The notes under the pieces were generated by a model that saw nothing but the letters and a program-made list of their open reading frames with translations, ran no database searches and was not told the DNA's origin. Below are positions 18,164-27,047 of a stretch of 64,000 nucleotides of DNA, piece after piece. Every line of letters begins with the position of its first letter. Position 1 is the first letter of the stretch. Source of the DNA: an uncultured Nitrososphaerales archaeon (GTDB lineage Archaea > Thermoproteota > Nitrososphaeria > Nitrososphaerales > Gagatemarchaeaceae); contig OY970160.1 in assembly GCA_963706445.1 (NCBI GenBank), positions 544,001-608,000 on the forward strand, read 5' to 3'. The position numbers were made by a program, and so were the translations under genes.

Positions 18164-18850
18164 TTACGTCAGGGCGCCTGTGTAGGTGACGGTCAGGGTC
18201 CCTGTCGCGGAGACCGGGAATCCCGCCCCTGCGTTGACCGTGTCGTGGCAGATGAGGAACTGGAAGGTCGCCGACGTCATCACGAGGCCGACCTCCTTGT
18301 AGGTGATTGTCGCTCCTGAGCTGTTCGTGATGGTCGCCGTGATCGAGAGGTTGTTGTTGGCGCTGATCGCACCGACGAGGGCTTGGGCCGAGTAGTTCGT
18401 GGCGACGTTGTAGTTCGAGGTCGCTCCGCCTCCGAAGGTCTGGAGGTTGTAATCGTTGAAGTTCGGTCCTGTCGCGCCTGTCCCGGCCACGATGTAGGGC
18501 GGGATCGCGCCTCCGCTGTTCCCTGCTGAGACCGAGCGGTTGGTGTTGTTCACATCGAGGATGTTGACGGCCGCTCCGGCGATGCCTCCGAGGATCGCCT
18601 GGGCCATCCACTTGCCGAACTGGAGCGTCGAAAGGTCTGACCAGCACTCGCCGACTATGCCTCCCTGGCAGTCTGCGAACTTGTCCAGGAGGACCGTCCC
18701 GTCTGACTGGGCCTTGCCTGCCGGGAAGTGGGCGTAGCCGTGCTCCGGGCACGGGTCCCTGGCGACGATGTGGGTCGACATCTTTGGACCGAAACCGCCC
18801 ATGGTTGCTGGAGGAGTTGTCTCGCGTGGAATCGGTAGCGATGCCGACAT
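18164..18850 (-). CDS. Virion structural protein, fibre/collar-like
   Basis: IVAGTGATGPNFNDYNLQT and TNSSGATITYKEVGL motifs. Confidence 0.6.
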   Translation of the reverse strand: MSASLPIPRETTPPATMGGFGPKMSTHIVARDPCPEHGYAHFPAGKAQSDGTVLLDKFADCQGGIVGECWSDLSTLQFGKWMAQAILGGIAGAAVNILDVNNTNRSVSAGNSGGAIPPYIVAGTGATGPNFNDYNLQTFGGGATSNYNVATNYSAQALVGAISANNNLSITATITNSSGATITYKEVGLVMTSATFQFLICHDTVNAGAGFPVSATGTLTVTYTGALT

Positions 18851-18872
18851 CAGACTCAGACGAACGTCGGTC

Positions 18873-18883
18873 GGCTCTTTAAC
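18873..18883 (-). promoter_or_regulatory. Viral late promoter-like motif GTTAAAGAGCC
   Basis: 33 nt before ATG at 18850. Confidence 0.6.
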
Positions 18884-19232
18884 CTGCGCTCGGAACGACT
18901 GCGACGATGAAGGTGTCGATGTTGTTCTCGACGTAGCTGGCCTTCGTGAGCTCTACTTCGCCGTTGAAGTTCGTGACCTGGGTCGGGATGGCTGCTGCCT
19001 TCAGGGCTGCCGCATCCGCCGGCGTCGGGGTCCAGCAGGCGACCCCGTTAGCCAGGGGTGCGACCCCGGGGATGACCACCGACAGGGCCAGGACCGCAGG
19101 GTCGTCCAGCCAGACCTTCAGCGTAATCGTGAACCCTGTCAGGTCGACCACCGTCTTGCCGTCGTTCTGTGTGACCGTGATGTTCACCGGGAAGCCGTAG
19201 TTCCCGGCCTTGATCTGCAGGGTCTGGGTCAA
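18879..19232 (-). CDS. BppU N-terminal-like small structural protein
   Basis: IKAGNY...VDLTGFTITL...NGVACWTPTPAD...FNGEVELT. Confidence 0.6.
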   Translation of the reverse strand: MTQTLQIKAGNYGFPVNITVTQNDGKTVVDLTGFTITLKVWLDDPAVLALSVVIPGVAPLANGVACWTPTPADAAALKAAAIPTQVTNFNGEVELTKASYVENNIDTFIVAVVPSAG

Positions 19233-20770
19233 CTCGGCGCCACCGACTCCGCCCCTTCACCTGGGGCCTCGGACGGCGCAGTCACCTGCTCGAGCGTGAT
19301 GCCTCCGGGCGGCTGCGGTCCGGTCGGGTTCGGGCCGATGACGCTCTCCAGGGCGATGGGCCTCCAGACGTGGGCGATGTAGACCTCGGGCTCGTAGTCG
19401 TCCTCTGCAACCTCCGTGCCATCTTTGGCCTTGTTCAGGCCTGCGTCCATGCACCACTTCTTGACGAGCGGGGCATACCACCTCGCCTCGAGCTGACCGC
19501 CATACTGGGTCTGGTCGTCGGCCACAACCCCGTTGATGAACATGAGCGCCTGGATCTCCGCTGTGGCCCTGTTGACGTTGTGCTCCCTGTTCAGCAGGAA
19601 CCTCGGGACCTGGAAGTTGCCTATGAGCTCGTTGTCCAGGTTCTCCTTGGCCGTGATGAGCTTGTCGAGGTCCGGCGAGATGTCGAGCTTCTGGAACGTG
19701 ACCTTCTGGTTGACGCCGATGAACTTGCCGGGCGCAAGGTTGGCGTTATCCAGGACGCTGTTGATTATGGACGCGGCGGCCGCGGGGCTCTGCCTCTCGG
19801 TGTCAATCTGCAGCAGCCCTGCCGGCGCCCAGAGGCTCTTAGCGACTTCCTGGATGGCCTCCTGGAGCAGGAACCTGCGAGCCTGCAGCGGCCAGCTGAT
19901 GGGCTCTATCTCGGACAGGCCGACGTGCTCGCCAAGTATCTCGTTGTTGGTGAAGTGCAGGACGTCCTCCGGTGGCAGGATGTTCGTGTCTGCTCCGACG
20001 CTGATGTCCGCCCTGATGCCGTAGTAGAGCCAGTGGTCTATCTCTCCCGATGCCCTGTCGATGCGCGGCCACATGGCCCAGGGCTCGAGCTCGATGAGCT
20101 TGGTCGGCTCTCCCTTGGCGTCCCTGAAGATGAAGAACGCCGCCAAGCCGCAGACCTTCCCGAACGTGATGGCCTCGCGCATGATGGCGTCGATGTTGAA
20201 CTTCCTGTTCATGCCGTCGATGTAGTCTTTCAAGCCTCCGTAGACCTTCATCGGGTCCTCGTAGACGTCCGTCGTGGCGGTGGTCTTGATAGGCGGAGCC
20301 GGAGGCTGTCCTTTGGCTACTGGGACGGGCGTGGTCGTGACCGTAGTCTTGGTGCCGCGCTTGTGGGCGCTGGGGTTGACCCACTTGACGACGGTGTCCG
20401 CGCCTTCCTTCGTGACCCACTGGGCCCGGATCTGGACCGACTGCCTGACGATGCTGTCCCGCTTGAACTCCCTGAACCACTTGTCCATGGCGTCGTAGGC
20501 GATGGACCTGGCGAAGGTGACGTCCCCGCCGCCATACTGCAGCCTGAACTGCCAGCCGACGCCCCTGCCTGTGGTGCTCCCTGGGGTCCTGGCTCTCCTG
20601 AACTGGCCGTCCGCGACCGGCTTAAGGCCAGCCTCTTTCCTGAGCTCGTTGAAGCTCCTGGCCACGGCGTCGTCGTGCAACTTCTCGTCGGCGACCTGAA
20701 GCTCGAAGTCCGTGTCCGGCCCCTTCTTGGTGCTCGCTACCGCCTCGACAGGCTCCCTTGGCTTGGCCAA
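19229..20770 (-). CDS. Portal protein
   Basis: 513 aa after terminase; ILPPEDVLHF...GLSEIEP...NFQVPRFLL...NRATAE. Confidence 0.9.
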   Translation of the reverse strand: MAKPREPVEAVASTKKGPDTDFELQVADEKLHDDAVARSFNELRKEAGLKPVADGQFRRARTPGSTTGRGVGWQFRLQYGGGDVTFARSIAYDAMDKWFREFKRDSIVRQSVQIRAQWVTKEGADTVVKWVNPSAHKRGTKTTVTTTPVPVAKGQPPAPPIKTTATTDVYEDPMKVYGGLKDYIDGMNRKFNIDAIMREAITFGKVCGLAAFFIFRDAKGEPTKLIELEPWAMWPRIDRASGEIDHWLYYGIRADISVGADTNILPPEDVLHFTNNEILGEHVGLSEIEPISWPLQARRFLLQEAIQEVAKSLWAPAGLLQIDTERQSPAAAASIINSVLDNANLAPGKFIGVNQKVTFQKLDISPDLDKLITAKENLDNELIGNFQVPRFLLNREHNVNRATAEIQALMFINGVVADDQTQYGGQLEARWYAPLVKKWCMDAGLNKAKDGTEVAEDDYEPEVYIAHVWRPIALESVIGPNPTGPQPPGGITLEQVTAPSEAPGEGAESVAPS

Positions 20771-20771
20771 C

Positions 20772-20948
20772 TTACTCGGACCTGTCGCTGGCCTCCGATA
20801 TTATCGTGACACCTGGCCTGTCCAGGCCTTCGTCGGACCACCGCTTCCTGGTCTTGGTCTTCCTGGAGACCGCTACTGCAGTAGGCTCGGTCGGCTTCTC
20901 CTTCAGCGGCTCGCCGAGCTTCAGAGCGTGAGGCTCTTCGTCGCTCAT
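20772..20948 (-). CDS. Small hypothetical protein
   Basis: ATG overlapping upstream gene end; stop abuts the portal start. Confidence 0.45.
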   Translation of the reverse strand: MSDEEPHALKLGEPLKEKPTEPTAVAVSRKTKTRKRWSDEGLDRPGVTIISEASDRSE

Positions 20949-21187
20949 TTGACTGTCCCTCCTTCGAGGCGGTGGTGCAGACGGGACCGTGTGACCTTGT
21001 TCTGGACTGTCCCGACTTTCAGTCCCAGTAAGGATGAGATCTTCAGCAGAGGGACGCCGCCCTCGAAGAGCCGCTTGAGCACGGACACCTCCTTTTCGGT
21101 CCAATGATGATAATTGACTTGGTTTTCAGCGATCATTTTGTCGAGTTCCTTCTCGAGGTCCTTGCCGGACAGTTCGAGGAGCTTCAT
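20945..21187 (-). CDS. Small helix-turn-helix protein (Myb/GcrA-like)
   Basis: HWTEKEVSVLKRLFEGG...ISSLLG...TVQNKV. Confidence 0.65.
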   Translation of the reverse strand: MKLLELSGKDLEKELDKMIAENQVNYHHWTEKEVSVLKRLFEGGVPLLKISSLLGLKVGTVQNKVTRSRLHHRLEGGTVK

Positions 21188-21972
21188 GCTTTCACTCTTG
21201 GAGGCTTTGCCTCTCGTAGGTTGTATAGCTTCGAGTCCCAGTCGTAGGCGTTTCCATCGACTGCGAACCTGACCGAGCCGATGTCAGGGATGGAGCCGGC
21301 AGATGTCTTGCGCTGCACGAACCAGGTCTGGAGCTGCCAGCATGGAGTGAGCAAAGCAAGCTTGGAGGACGAGCCGACGTACCAGTAGTAGTGGTTGTGG
21401 GACCTGACCAAGACGTCGAAGGGCCATTTGTGGCTCTGGTTCAGCTGTGCGAGCATCATCTCCTTGGCCGGAGGCGTCGAGCGATACATCCAGCCTGAGA
21501 CGGAGCCCGAGATATGGTGGGCGAAGCTGAACGTGACCCCTTCGACGTCCAAGAACAGCTCGTTGGAGACGAACCTACCGTCGACCTTTTCGGCGCCTAT
21601 GCGCTGACCGAATATCTCCTCGATGGAGACGCCGCCTTGCTCGACGTGATAGTTACTGCCCCTGGTGACGTAGGTCTTCTTGGCACCGAACATCTTAACC
21701 AGGCCCACCGAGGCGTCTATCTGGTCGAGGTAGTTGGTGGTCCATGCTTCCACGCCCTTATCCTTTGGCTGCTGGCCGTCGATGGGCTCGCCATTGATGA
21801 CAAGTATGTCGGGGTTCTTCCAGGCTTTGACGGTCTCGATCCATGCTCTGTGCAATGCACGCTGGACCTTGTTGGCAGTGTAGGTGGCGTCGTTCGAGTC
21901 GGTGAAGACAAGTGGACAGACGGCGAGCCTGTGGCCGACGTGGATGTCGCTCAGCACCAAGACGGTCTTCAT
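21184..21972 (-). CDS. Calcineurin-like metallophosphoesterase (viral type)
   Basis: SDIHVG, NGEPIDG, GSNYH, HH, RSHNH motifs. Confidence 0.85.
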   Translation of the reverse strand: MKTVLVLSDIHVGHRLAVCPLVFTDSNDATYTANKVQRALHRAWIETVKAWKNPDILVINGEPIDGQQPKDKGVEAWTTNYLDQIDASVGLVKMFGAKKTYVTRGSNYHVEQGGVSIEEIFGQRIGAEKVDGRFVSNELFLDVEGVTFSFAHHISGSVSGWMYRSTPPAKEMMLAQLNQSHKWPFDVLVRSHNHYYWYVGSSSKLALLTPCWQLQTWFVQRKTSAGSIPDIGSVRFAVDGNAYDWDSKLYNLREAKPPRVKA

Positions 21973-22162
21973 AGCCTGGCTCCGCACTCGCACTCATGGG
22001 TCTTGTGCGGGTTGTTCATGACGACCGGGGGCATCGAACGGACGGCGACGCTGAACCTCGGGACCTTGCAGGCGTGCCTGGAGCGGGCCTTCCCGTCGGC
22101 TCCTCTGTGGTAGCTCCTCCAGGTGACGCCACAGGCGGGGACCTGGACCTGGACCTTGCTCA

Positions 22163-23533
22163 TCATGGCTCCCGCGTCCATCTCCTCAGGGCCACCATGA
22201 AAGCGTCCAACGAATCCATGCTGCTCTTCCCCGACTTGTCGACCTTGCGGCCGCCTTTGGCCCACCGTGCGTTCTTCAGCTGCCAGAGCAGGGTCTTGAA
22301 CCTGGGGCTTATCCGCACCCTGCGCTTCTCGAGCATCAGCTGGGTCGACGTTATCATGGACGGCAGCTCGGAGCCGAAGCTGACGGGCTTGCAGTAGACG
22401 CCCAGCTGGTCGAGCTCCTGGATGAACGGCATGTTGCTGGCGTCACAGGCCGCCCCGGTGTATCCGTCCTGGACGTAGAGGTTGGTGATGGCCACGCTCA
22501 TGTCATGGAAGTTGGGCCTCTCGTACTCCTCGGCAGCGATCACATAGAGCGCGTCGCCTCTGTCTTCGATGCCGCAGACGGCGAACATGGAGCTGCCGAA
22601 CCCGGTGTCAACCCCGATCTCCTTCTCGAACTCAGCCCTGGGCGCCAGGTCGTAAGGCTCCACGCAGGCGTCGACGTCATCGGGCCTGAAGACGTCACCA
22701 GTGCCTGCCTGGGGCTGCCCGAGCCAGAAGACTTTGTAGTTGCTCGACGGGTTGGCCATGGCCCTGCGTGCCTCGTCGATCTGCACCGCCAGCGGCTGGA
22801 TCCAGGGCCTGCGGTCCACTTCGTGGATGAAAGGAGGCTCGGTCTCAGCCCATGGGTGCTTCATCCAGGGGCCATAGCGGTTGTAGCCCCACTCGTCGGC
22901 GTTCTTCCACGTCTCCATGAAGATTGGGTCCTGGTAATAGGGCGCCGATGCGAGGATTCGAACCCCTCCGGTGGTGACGGACGCAAGCGCCCCGGACAGG
23001 ACTTCGCCGCCCTGGGTCTTCGACGCGAGGACCGCCTCGTCAGCCATGACGATATGAGGGTGCCAGCCGTGGGCGCTGTAGTAGCTGCTGGCGTAGACGC
23101 GGATCTCAGCACCGCCTTTGAGCTTGGCTGTCACAGCGAGTGGTTCTTCGTCCAGGAAGGCCCAGGTGTGTTTGCCGGTTCTGAGGAGGTGTTTGACATG
23201 GCCGTAGGTGATCTTGGCCTGGTCCTCCGAGCCAGCTATGACTCCGACGTTCTTGAACGGCGAGTACAGCATCAGCTCGATGGCGAGTATGCTCAGGGTG
23301 AGGCTCTTGGCGGTCTCCTTGGCGCCCATGATTATTGAGTCGTGGGGATTATTCCAGAACTCGGTCAGGAATGCGCCTCTGTCTTCCTTTTCACTGAGCC
23401 AATCGAGTCCTTCCCATTCTTGCTTGGCGAAGGCTATCGGGTCAACGAAGTCAGGCAGAGCCACCTCGGTCACGTCCTGGCTGAGCTTCCTGTGTTCGAG
23501 GCCTGGGAACTGCGCCTGCCGAGGCAGTTTCAC
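22163..23533 (-). CDS. Terminase large subunit
   Basis: GAKETAKS, AGSEDQA, Walker B IVMADEA, nuclease GVDTG...DSLDA. Confidence 0.9.
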   Translation of the reverse strand: MKLPRQAQFPGLEHRKLSQDVTEVALPDFVDPIAFAKQEWEGLDWLSEKEDRGAFLTEFWNNPHDSIIMGAKETAKSLTLSILAIELMLYSPFKNVGVIAGSEDQAKITYGHVKHLLRTGKHTWAFLDEEPLAVTAKLKGGAEIRVYASSYYSAHGWHPHIVMADEAVLASKTQGGEVLSGALASVTTGGVRILASAPYYQDPIFMETWKNADEWGYNRYGPWMKHPWAETEPPFIHEVDRRPWIQPLAVQIDEARRAMANPSSNYKVFWLGQPQAGTGDVFRPDDVDACVEPYDLAPRAEFEKEIGVDTGFGSSMFAVCGIEDRGDALYVIAAEEYERPNFHDMSVAITNLYVQDGYTGAACDASNMPFIQELDQLGVYCKPVSFGSELPSMITSTQLMLEKRRVRISPRFKTLLWQLKNARWAKGGRKVDKSGKSSMDSLDAFMVALRRWTREP

Positions 23534-23535
23534 GT

Positions 23536-23946
23536 TCAGACGCCTTCTGTCTCTGGGTTCACTCTGGGCTTAGCATGGGCTACGTCGGCTGTGTAGCCGA
23601 GGAGGTTGATCCGCGTGACTTCCCCTTCGATCATCGCCCTGTTGGCCTCGATCTTGTCTCTGGGGGTCGCTTTCTCGTCCTGCATTATGGCGGCGAGGTT
23701 CGCCTGTGCGGCTTCGATGGTCTCGACAGAAAGCCTGAACTGGTCGGCCATGCCTTCGTAGGCCGTCTCTCTTGCCCATTTGCCTGCGCTCCGGCTGATC
23801 ACCCTGATGTCGCGGTACAGGGTGCGCTCGCTGTATTCACCGTACTTCTCCGCGACCTTGGAGACGATGGTCTCTACGCTGAAACGGTTGGCTCTAAGCC
23901 GCCTCACGAGGTTCCTGCGGTTGACCAGCGTTTGGGCGTCTGTCAA
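23536..23946 (-). CDS. Probable terminase small subunit
   Basis: HTH (SERTLYRDIRVI) plus helical region directly upstream of the large subunit. Confidence 0.65.
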   Translation of the reverse strand: MTDAQTLVNRRNLVRRLRANRFSVETIVSKVAEKYGEYSERTLYRDIRVISRSAGKWARETAYEGMADQFRLSVETIEAAQANLAAIMQDEKATPRDKIEANRAMIEGEVTRINLLGYTADVAHAKPRVNPETEGV

Positions 23947-24761
23947 CTTATGACCTTATTTCACCGCTGGTCCGGGTGTCTCTTCAACGTACAGGATGCC
24001 TCCGGGCAGGCCCGTCTCGCCCCCTTTGACGTGGACGTGCGGCTCGCACTTGGACGGGTTCTGCTGGGCCCTGATGCCCCACATCAGCCTGTAGCAGCCG
24101 GTGCAGCGGACGTCTTTGGGGTCCATGGGCTCGGTCTGAGGATGATGATCGTAGCAGGTCTTGGGTCCGCTCACGCCCCTGGTAGGGCCCTGCGGGTTAA
24201 TTGCCTTTGCGTGGGAGTGCGTGCGAGTGTCGCTCAAACCCCGCTCCTGACCTTCATGTCCTGGACCTGCTGGCAGTCCTCGCACCACTTCCAGTCTGCC
24301 TGCCAGGTCTTGACGTCGACCGGCTTCGTTATCCTGACGCCGCAGAGGGCGAGCCAGAAGGGCCTTCCCAGCTCCGAGAAGGTCACCCTGGGGTCATCCC
24401 TGTAGAGATGGACGAACTTCATGGCCCGGCCTCCGAGGGGGCTGGTGCTGGGGGTTGTGCTGAAATCCTGAATCGTTCTTCTCTGGGACAATGGATGCAC
24501 TTGAAGGATATTGAACCGTCGCCCCAGTCTTCTTTTTCATATTGGTGCCTGTGTGCCCTCATACTGACTCCACCATCAGCTCTCTTTGCCCCATCGGAAG
24601 CTTCACGCAGTCTGCGCAAGTGTAGATTTCCAAGAAGCCATTTTGATTGCCTATCCTGATTCTGAGGCGTTCACTTACGACCCAGCCGGACGAATGTTCA
24701 GTTCCGCACTCGCGGCAGCCTTTGGAATCGACATGGATGGACGCCTTCCCTCGATTGAACC

Positions 24762-25136
24762 TCACTTCGCGTCCTCTTCCTTGCCTGTGGACGAGGAGAG
24801 CCTGTCGATTCGAGCAAGAACCCATTCATAGGCATCTAATGCGATTCGCGCCTTCTGATAGTCTAAGTCGTCCCTCAATGCTTGCCTGAACTGCTTACCG
24901 ACTATCTCCTTTGCGTTCAACTCGAACCCATGCATGATGGTCTGCTCTCCACTCATCTGTTTCTCGACCTGCATCCTCAGTTCCTTCAGTCGGCTGTCCT
25001 TCTCAGCGTCGAGGGCCTTGAGGTCGCGCATGACGCCTTCGAGCGTGGTGATGTCTTGTGCGGGTAGCATCCATCTGGTAATCGTGTTCAGTCGTTCAGC
25101 CAGTCCCTTCGCTGTCGCTTTGGCCTGAGCTGTCAT
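24762..25136 (-). CDS. Hypothetical coiled-coil protein
   Basis: ATGA-coupled ORF in the early/middle operon. Confidence 0.55.
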   Translation of the reverse strand: MTAQAKATAKGLAERLNTITRWMLPAQDITTLEGVMRDLKALDAEKDSRLKELRMQVEKQMSGEQTIMHGFELNAKEIVGKQFRQALRDDLDYQKARIALDAYEWVLARIDRLSSSTGKEEDAK

Positions 25137-25286
25137 GGGAACATTTCCTCATGGGGGCACAACTTACTTTGAACCATCCCCATATAGTCTCTCGTTGTTC
25201 TATACTTCTTCCAGCACCGCTTGCATTGTTTGAACTTTGGTCGGTTCGGCCAATCTCCTTTGCGCGTCCTCGCCTTCCCCTCTGTT

Positions 25287-25619
25287 TCAGTCATGGCTTG
25301 CTCCTATCATGGAGGGGTCGCTCAAGGGAGTCTTGGTCTCTTCGCCCGCGAGCCTGATGAGCAGTTGGTTGTAGGCCGTGGGGTTGAGTTCGCGGCGGAT
25401 TTTGCGGGCGACCTCGAAGATGTTGGTCTCCCATCTGGCGAAGAGGTTGAGGGCGTTCAGTTCCTTGTGCGCCCACCATTCACAGTCCTGCTCGGGGACG
25501 AACTTGTCGGGGCTGAGAGTGGGGAATATGGGAAATGGATTAGGCAGGTCTGAAGAGGAACGAATGATGTTGAGAAAGACCTGAGTCCATTCGTTGTTGC
25601 ACTTCTGGCAGAGGTTCAT
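25287..25619 (-). CDS. Hypothetical CxxC protein
   Basis: MNLCQKC, ATGA overlap. Confidence 0.55.
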   Translation of the reverse strand: MNLCQKCNNEWTQVFLNIIRSSSDLPNPFPIFPTLSPDKFVPEQDCEWWAHKELNALNLFARWETNIFEVARKIRRELNPTAYNQLLIRLAGEETKTPLSDPSMIGASHD

Positions 25620-25963
25620 GGTGACCTCACCCTGTAGAGCCTCTCGCGCCCCTTTAGCATGGGCCTGCTTTCGAGGACGTCTATGCCGAGGAGGTCGCTG
25701 ATGGGGGTCTGTACTGCCAGCTGGGTCCAATAGGTGCTCTTGCCAGCATGGTGAGCGATCGTCTGACCGTTGACGACTCTGTTGTTGAGGGCCATCTGGA
25801 TTCCTTTGACTGTCTGCCAGCCACCCATCAAGGCTAACTGCATCTTGACAGTATCGTGATTTTGGCCGGGCTTCCAGTCGACGTCGTGCTTCCTGCCTCC
25901 GCCCAGCTGGCGCTTGTCGCATTCGATGTAGGCGCCGCACTGCTGACAGGTGTGGCCACTCAT
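25616..25963 (-). CDS. Zn-finger plus winged-helix-like protein
   Basis: CQQCG...C; C-terminal ISDLLGIDVLE...RLYRV. Confidence 0.5.
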   Translation of the reverse strand: MSGHTCQQCGAYIECDKRQLGGGRKHDVDWKPGQNHDTVKMQLALMGGWQTVKGIQMALNNRVVNGQTIAHHAGKSTYWTQLAVQTPISDLLGIDVLESRPMLKGRERLYRVRSP

Positions 25964-26078
25964 GGCGCCTCGGCCTCCCTCTGTATCCTGTTCTGGAAGT
26001 GGTTGACCGCGTCCCAGCAGTCCTGGCATCCCCGCTCGTAGTCCAGGCCGTGCTGGGGGCAGGACTCCGACTTCTCGG

Positions 26079-26489
26079 TCAGTGCTTCCGCCTCCTCTCA
26101 TATCGGCCGTCCCTGTCGACCCACCAGCCCCGCCGTTTCGCCTCTGCGATGACTTCTTGGTACCTGGCCTTGGCTGCCTTCAGCAGGACTTCGAAATCGT
26201 CGTCCGACATCTCGGACATTTCATCAGACCTCAGGGGCTCTCCGATGGTGGGCAGGGCGACCATGCCAGGGTGCTCCGCGAACTTGGTGAGGGGGACGAC
26301 GGCGTTCCCGTTCTCGTGGGCCTGGACGTAGCTTCTTGCGAGCTCTACCATCAGGGGGCTGAAATCAGTGCCGTCGCGCCTGGCGATCCTTTCCATCCTC
26401 TCGGCGAGAGGAACGTCGGGACCAGTGAAGGCGACACCCTTGAGGACCCGGACCTTAGCCAAGTCGAGGCCTCGTTTCTCTTTTCTCAT
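26079..26489 (-). CDS. Ribbon-helix-helix-like protein
   Basis: ERMERIARRDGTDFSPLMVELARSYV pattern. Confidence 0.6.
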   Translation of the reverse strand: MRKEKRGLDLAKVRVLKGVAFTGPDVPLAERMERIARRDGTDFSPLMVELARSYVQAHENGNAVVPLTKFAEHPGMVALPTIGEPLRSDEMSEMSDDDFEVLLKAAKARYQEVIAEAKRRGWWVDRDGRYERRRKH

Positions 26490-26898
26490 GGCGCTTAATC
26501 CAGTTACAGTTCGCACAGAGAATCTGAAGGTCCTTTTGCGCTTCTTCAGGATGCTTCAGATAGTAGGCGACCATGACACCTCCAGAACCCTTGAACTTCT
26601 CTTTGATCTGCTTCTGTCCTCCTCCATTGATATGATCAAATTGGAGGGCGCGGCCATCGGTGTACGGAAGAATATGCTGACCAAATGGATTGGTGCAACA
26701 GCCGCCGAGGAGAGTTAGAAGATTCTGCCGATTTCTCTCGAAGTGCCTGCGGGTGACGCTGCGTCTTGTGGACCTACCCTTCGGGGTAGCCAGCCACTTC
26801 TCGTATCTTTCCTTTGTTGTTTGTTGTTTTGTTTGTTTGTTTAACAGAGTAGGTAGGTAGGTAGGTAGGGTAGGTGGACCGGAAACACTGGGGATCAT
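26455..26898 (-). CDS. HNH endonuclease-like protein
   Basis: LGGCC...LQFDHINGGG...LQILCANCNWIKR; ATG in ATGA overlap. Confidence 0.75.
   Translation of the reverse strand: MIPSVSGPPTLPTYLPTLLNKQTKQQTTKERYEKWLATPKGRSTRRSVTRRHFERNRQNLLTLLGGCCTNPFGQHILPYTDGRALQFDHINGGGQKQIKEKFKGSGGVMVAYYLKHPEEAQKDLQILCANCNWIKRHEKRETRPRLG
26813..26874 (+). repeat. Simple sequence repeats: GTT/GTTT tract and (GTAG)5
   Basis: tttgttgtttgttgttttgtttgtttgttt at 26813-26842; gtag x5 at 26849-26868. Confidence 0.9.
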
Positions 26899-27047
26899 AG
26901 GGGCCGCCAGACCTTCTCCATTCGGCCATGACACAGCTTGGTCTCTCCGCGCACCAAGCCCCGCTTCTCCAGCTCCAGCATCATGTCCAGCCGTTCGTTC
27001 TGGGACCGAGGCCAGCGACTTTCGATTTCGGTCACGCAGATGTTCAT
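26895..27047 (-). CDS. 50-aa protein, winged-helix-like (not in ORF track)
   Basis: MNICVTE...LELEKRGLVRGE...KVWRPL; ATGA overlaps at both ends. Confidence 0.55.
   Translation of the reverse strand: MNICVTEIESRWPRSQNERLDMMLELEKRGLVRGETKLCHGRMEKVWRPL

Noticed and set aside
23977-23988. GTTGAAGAGAC upstream of the small terminase as an eighth promoter copy
   Set aside because: TTAA core broken and spacing is 42 nt
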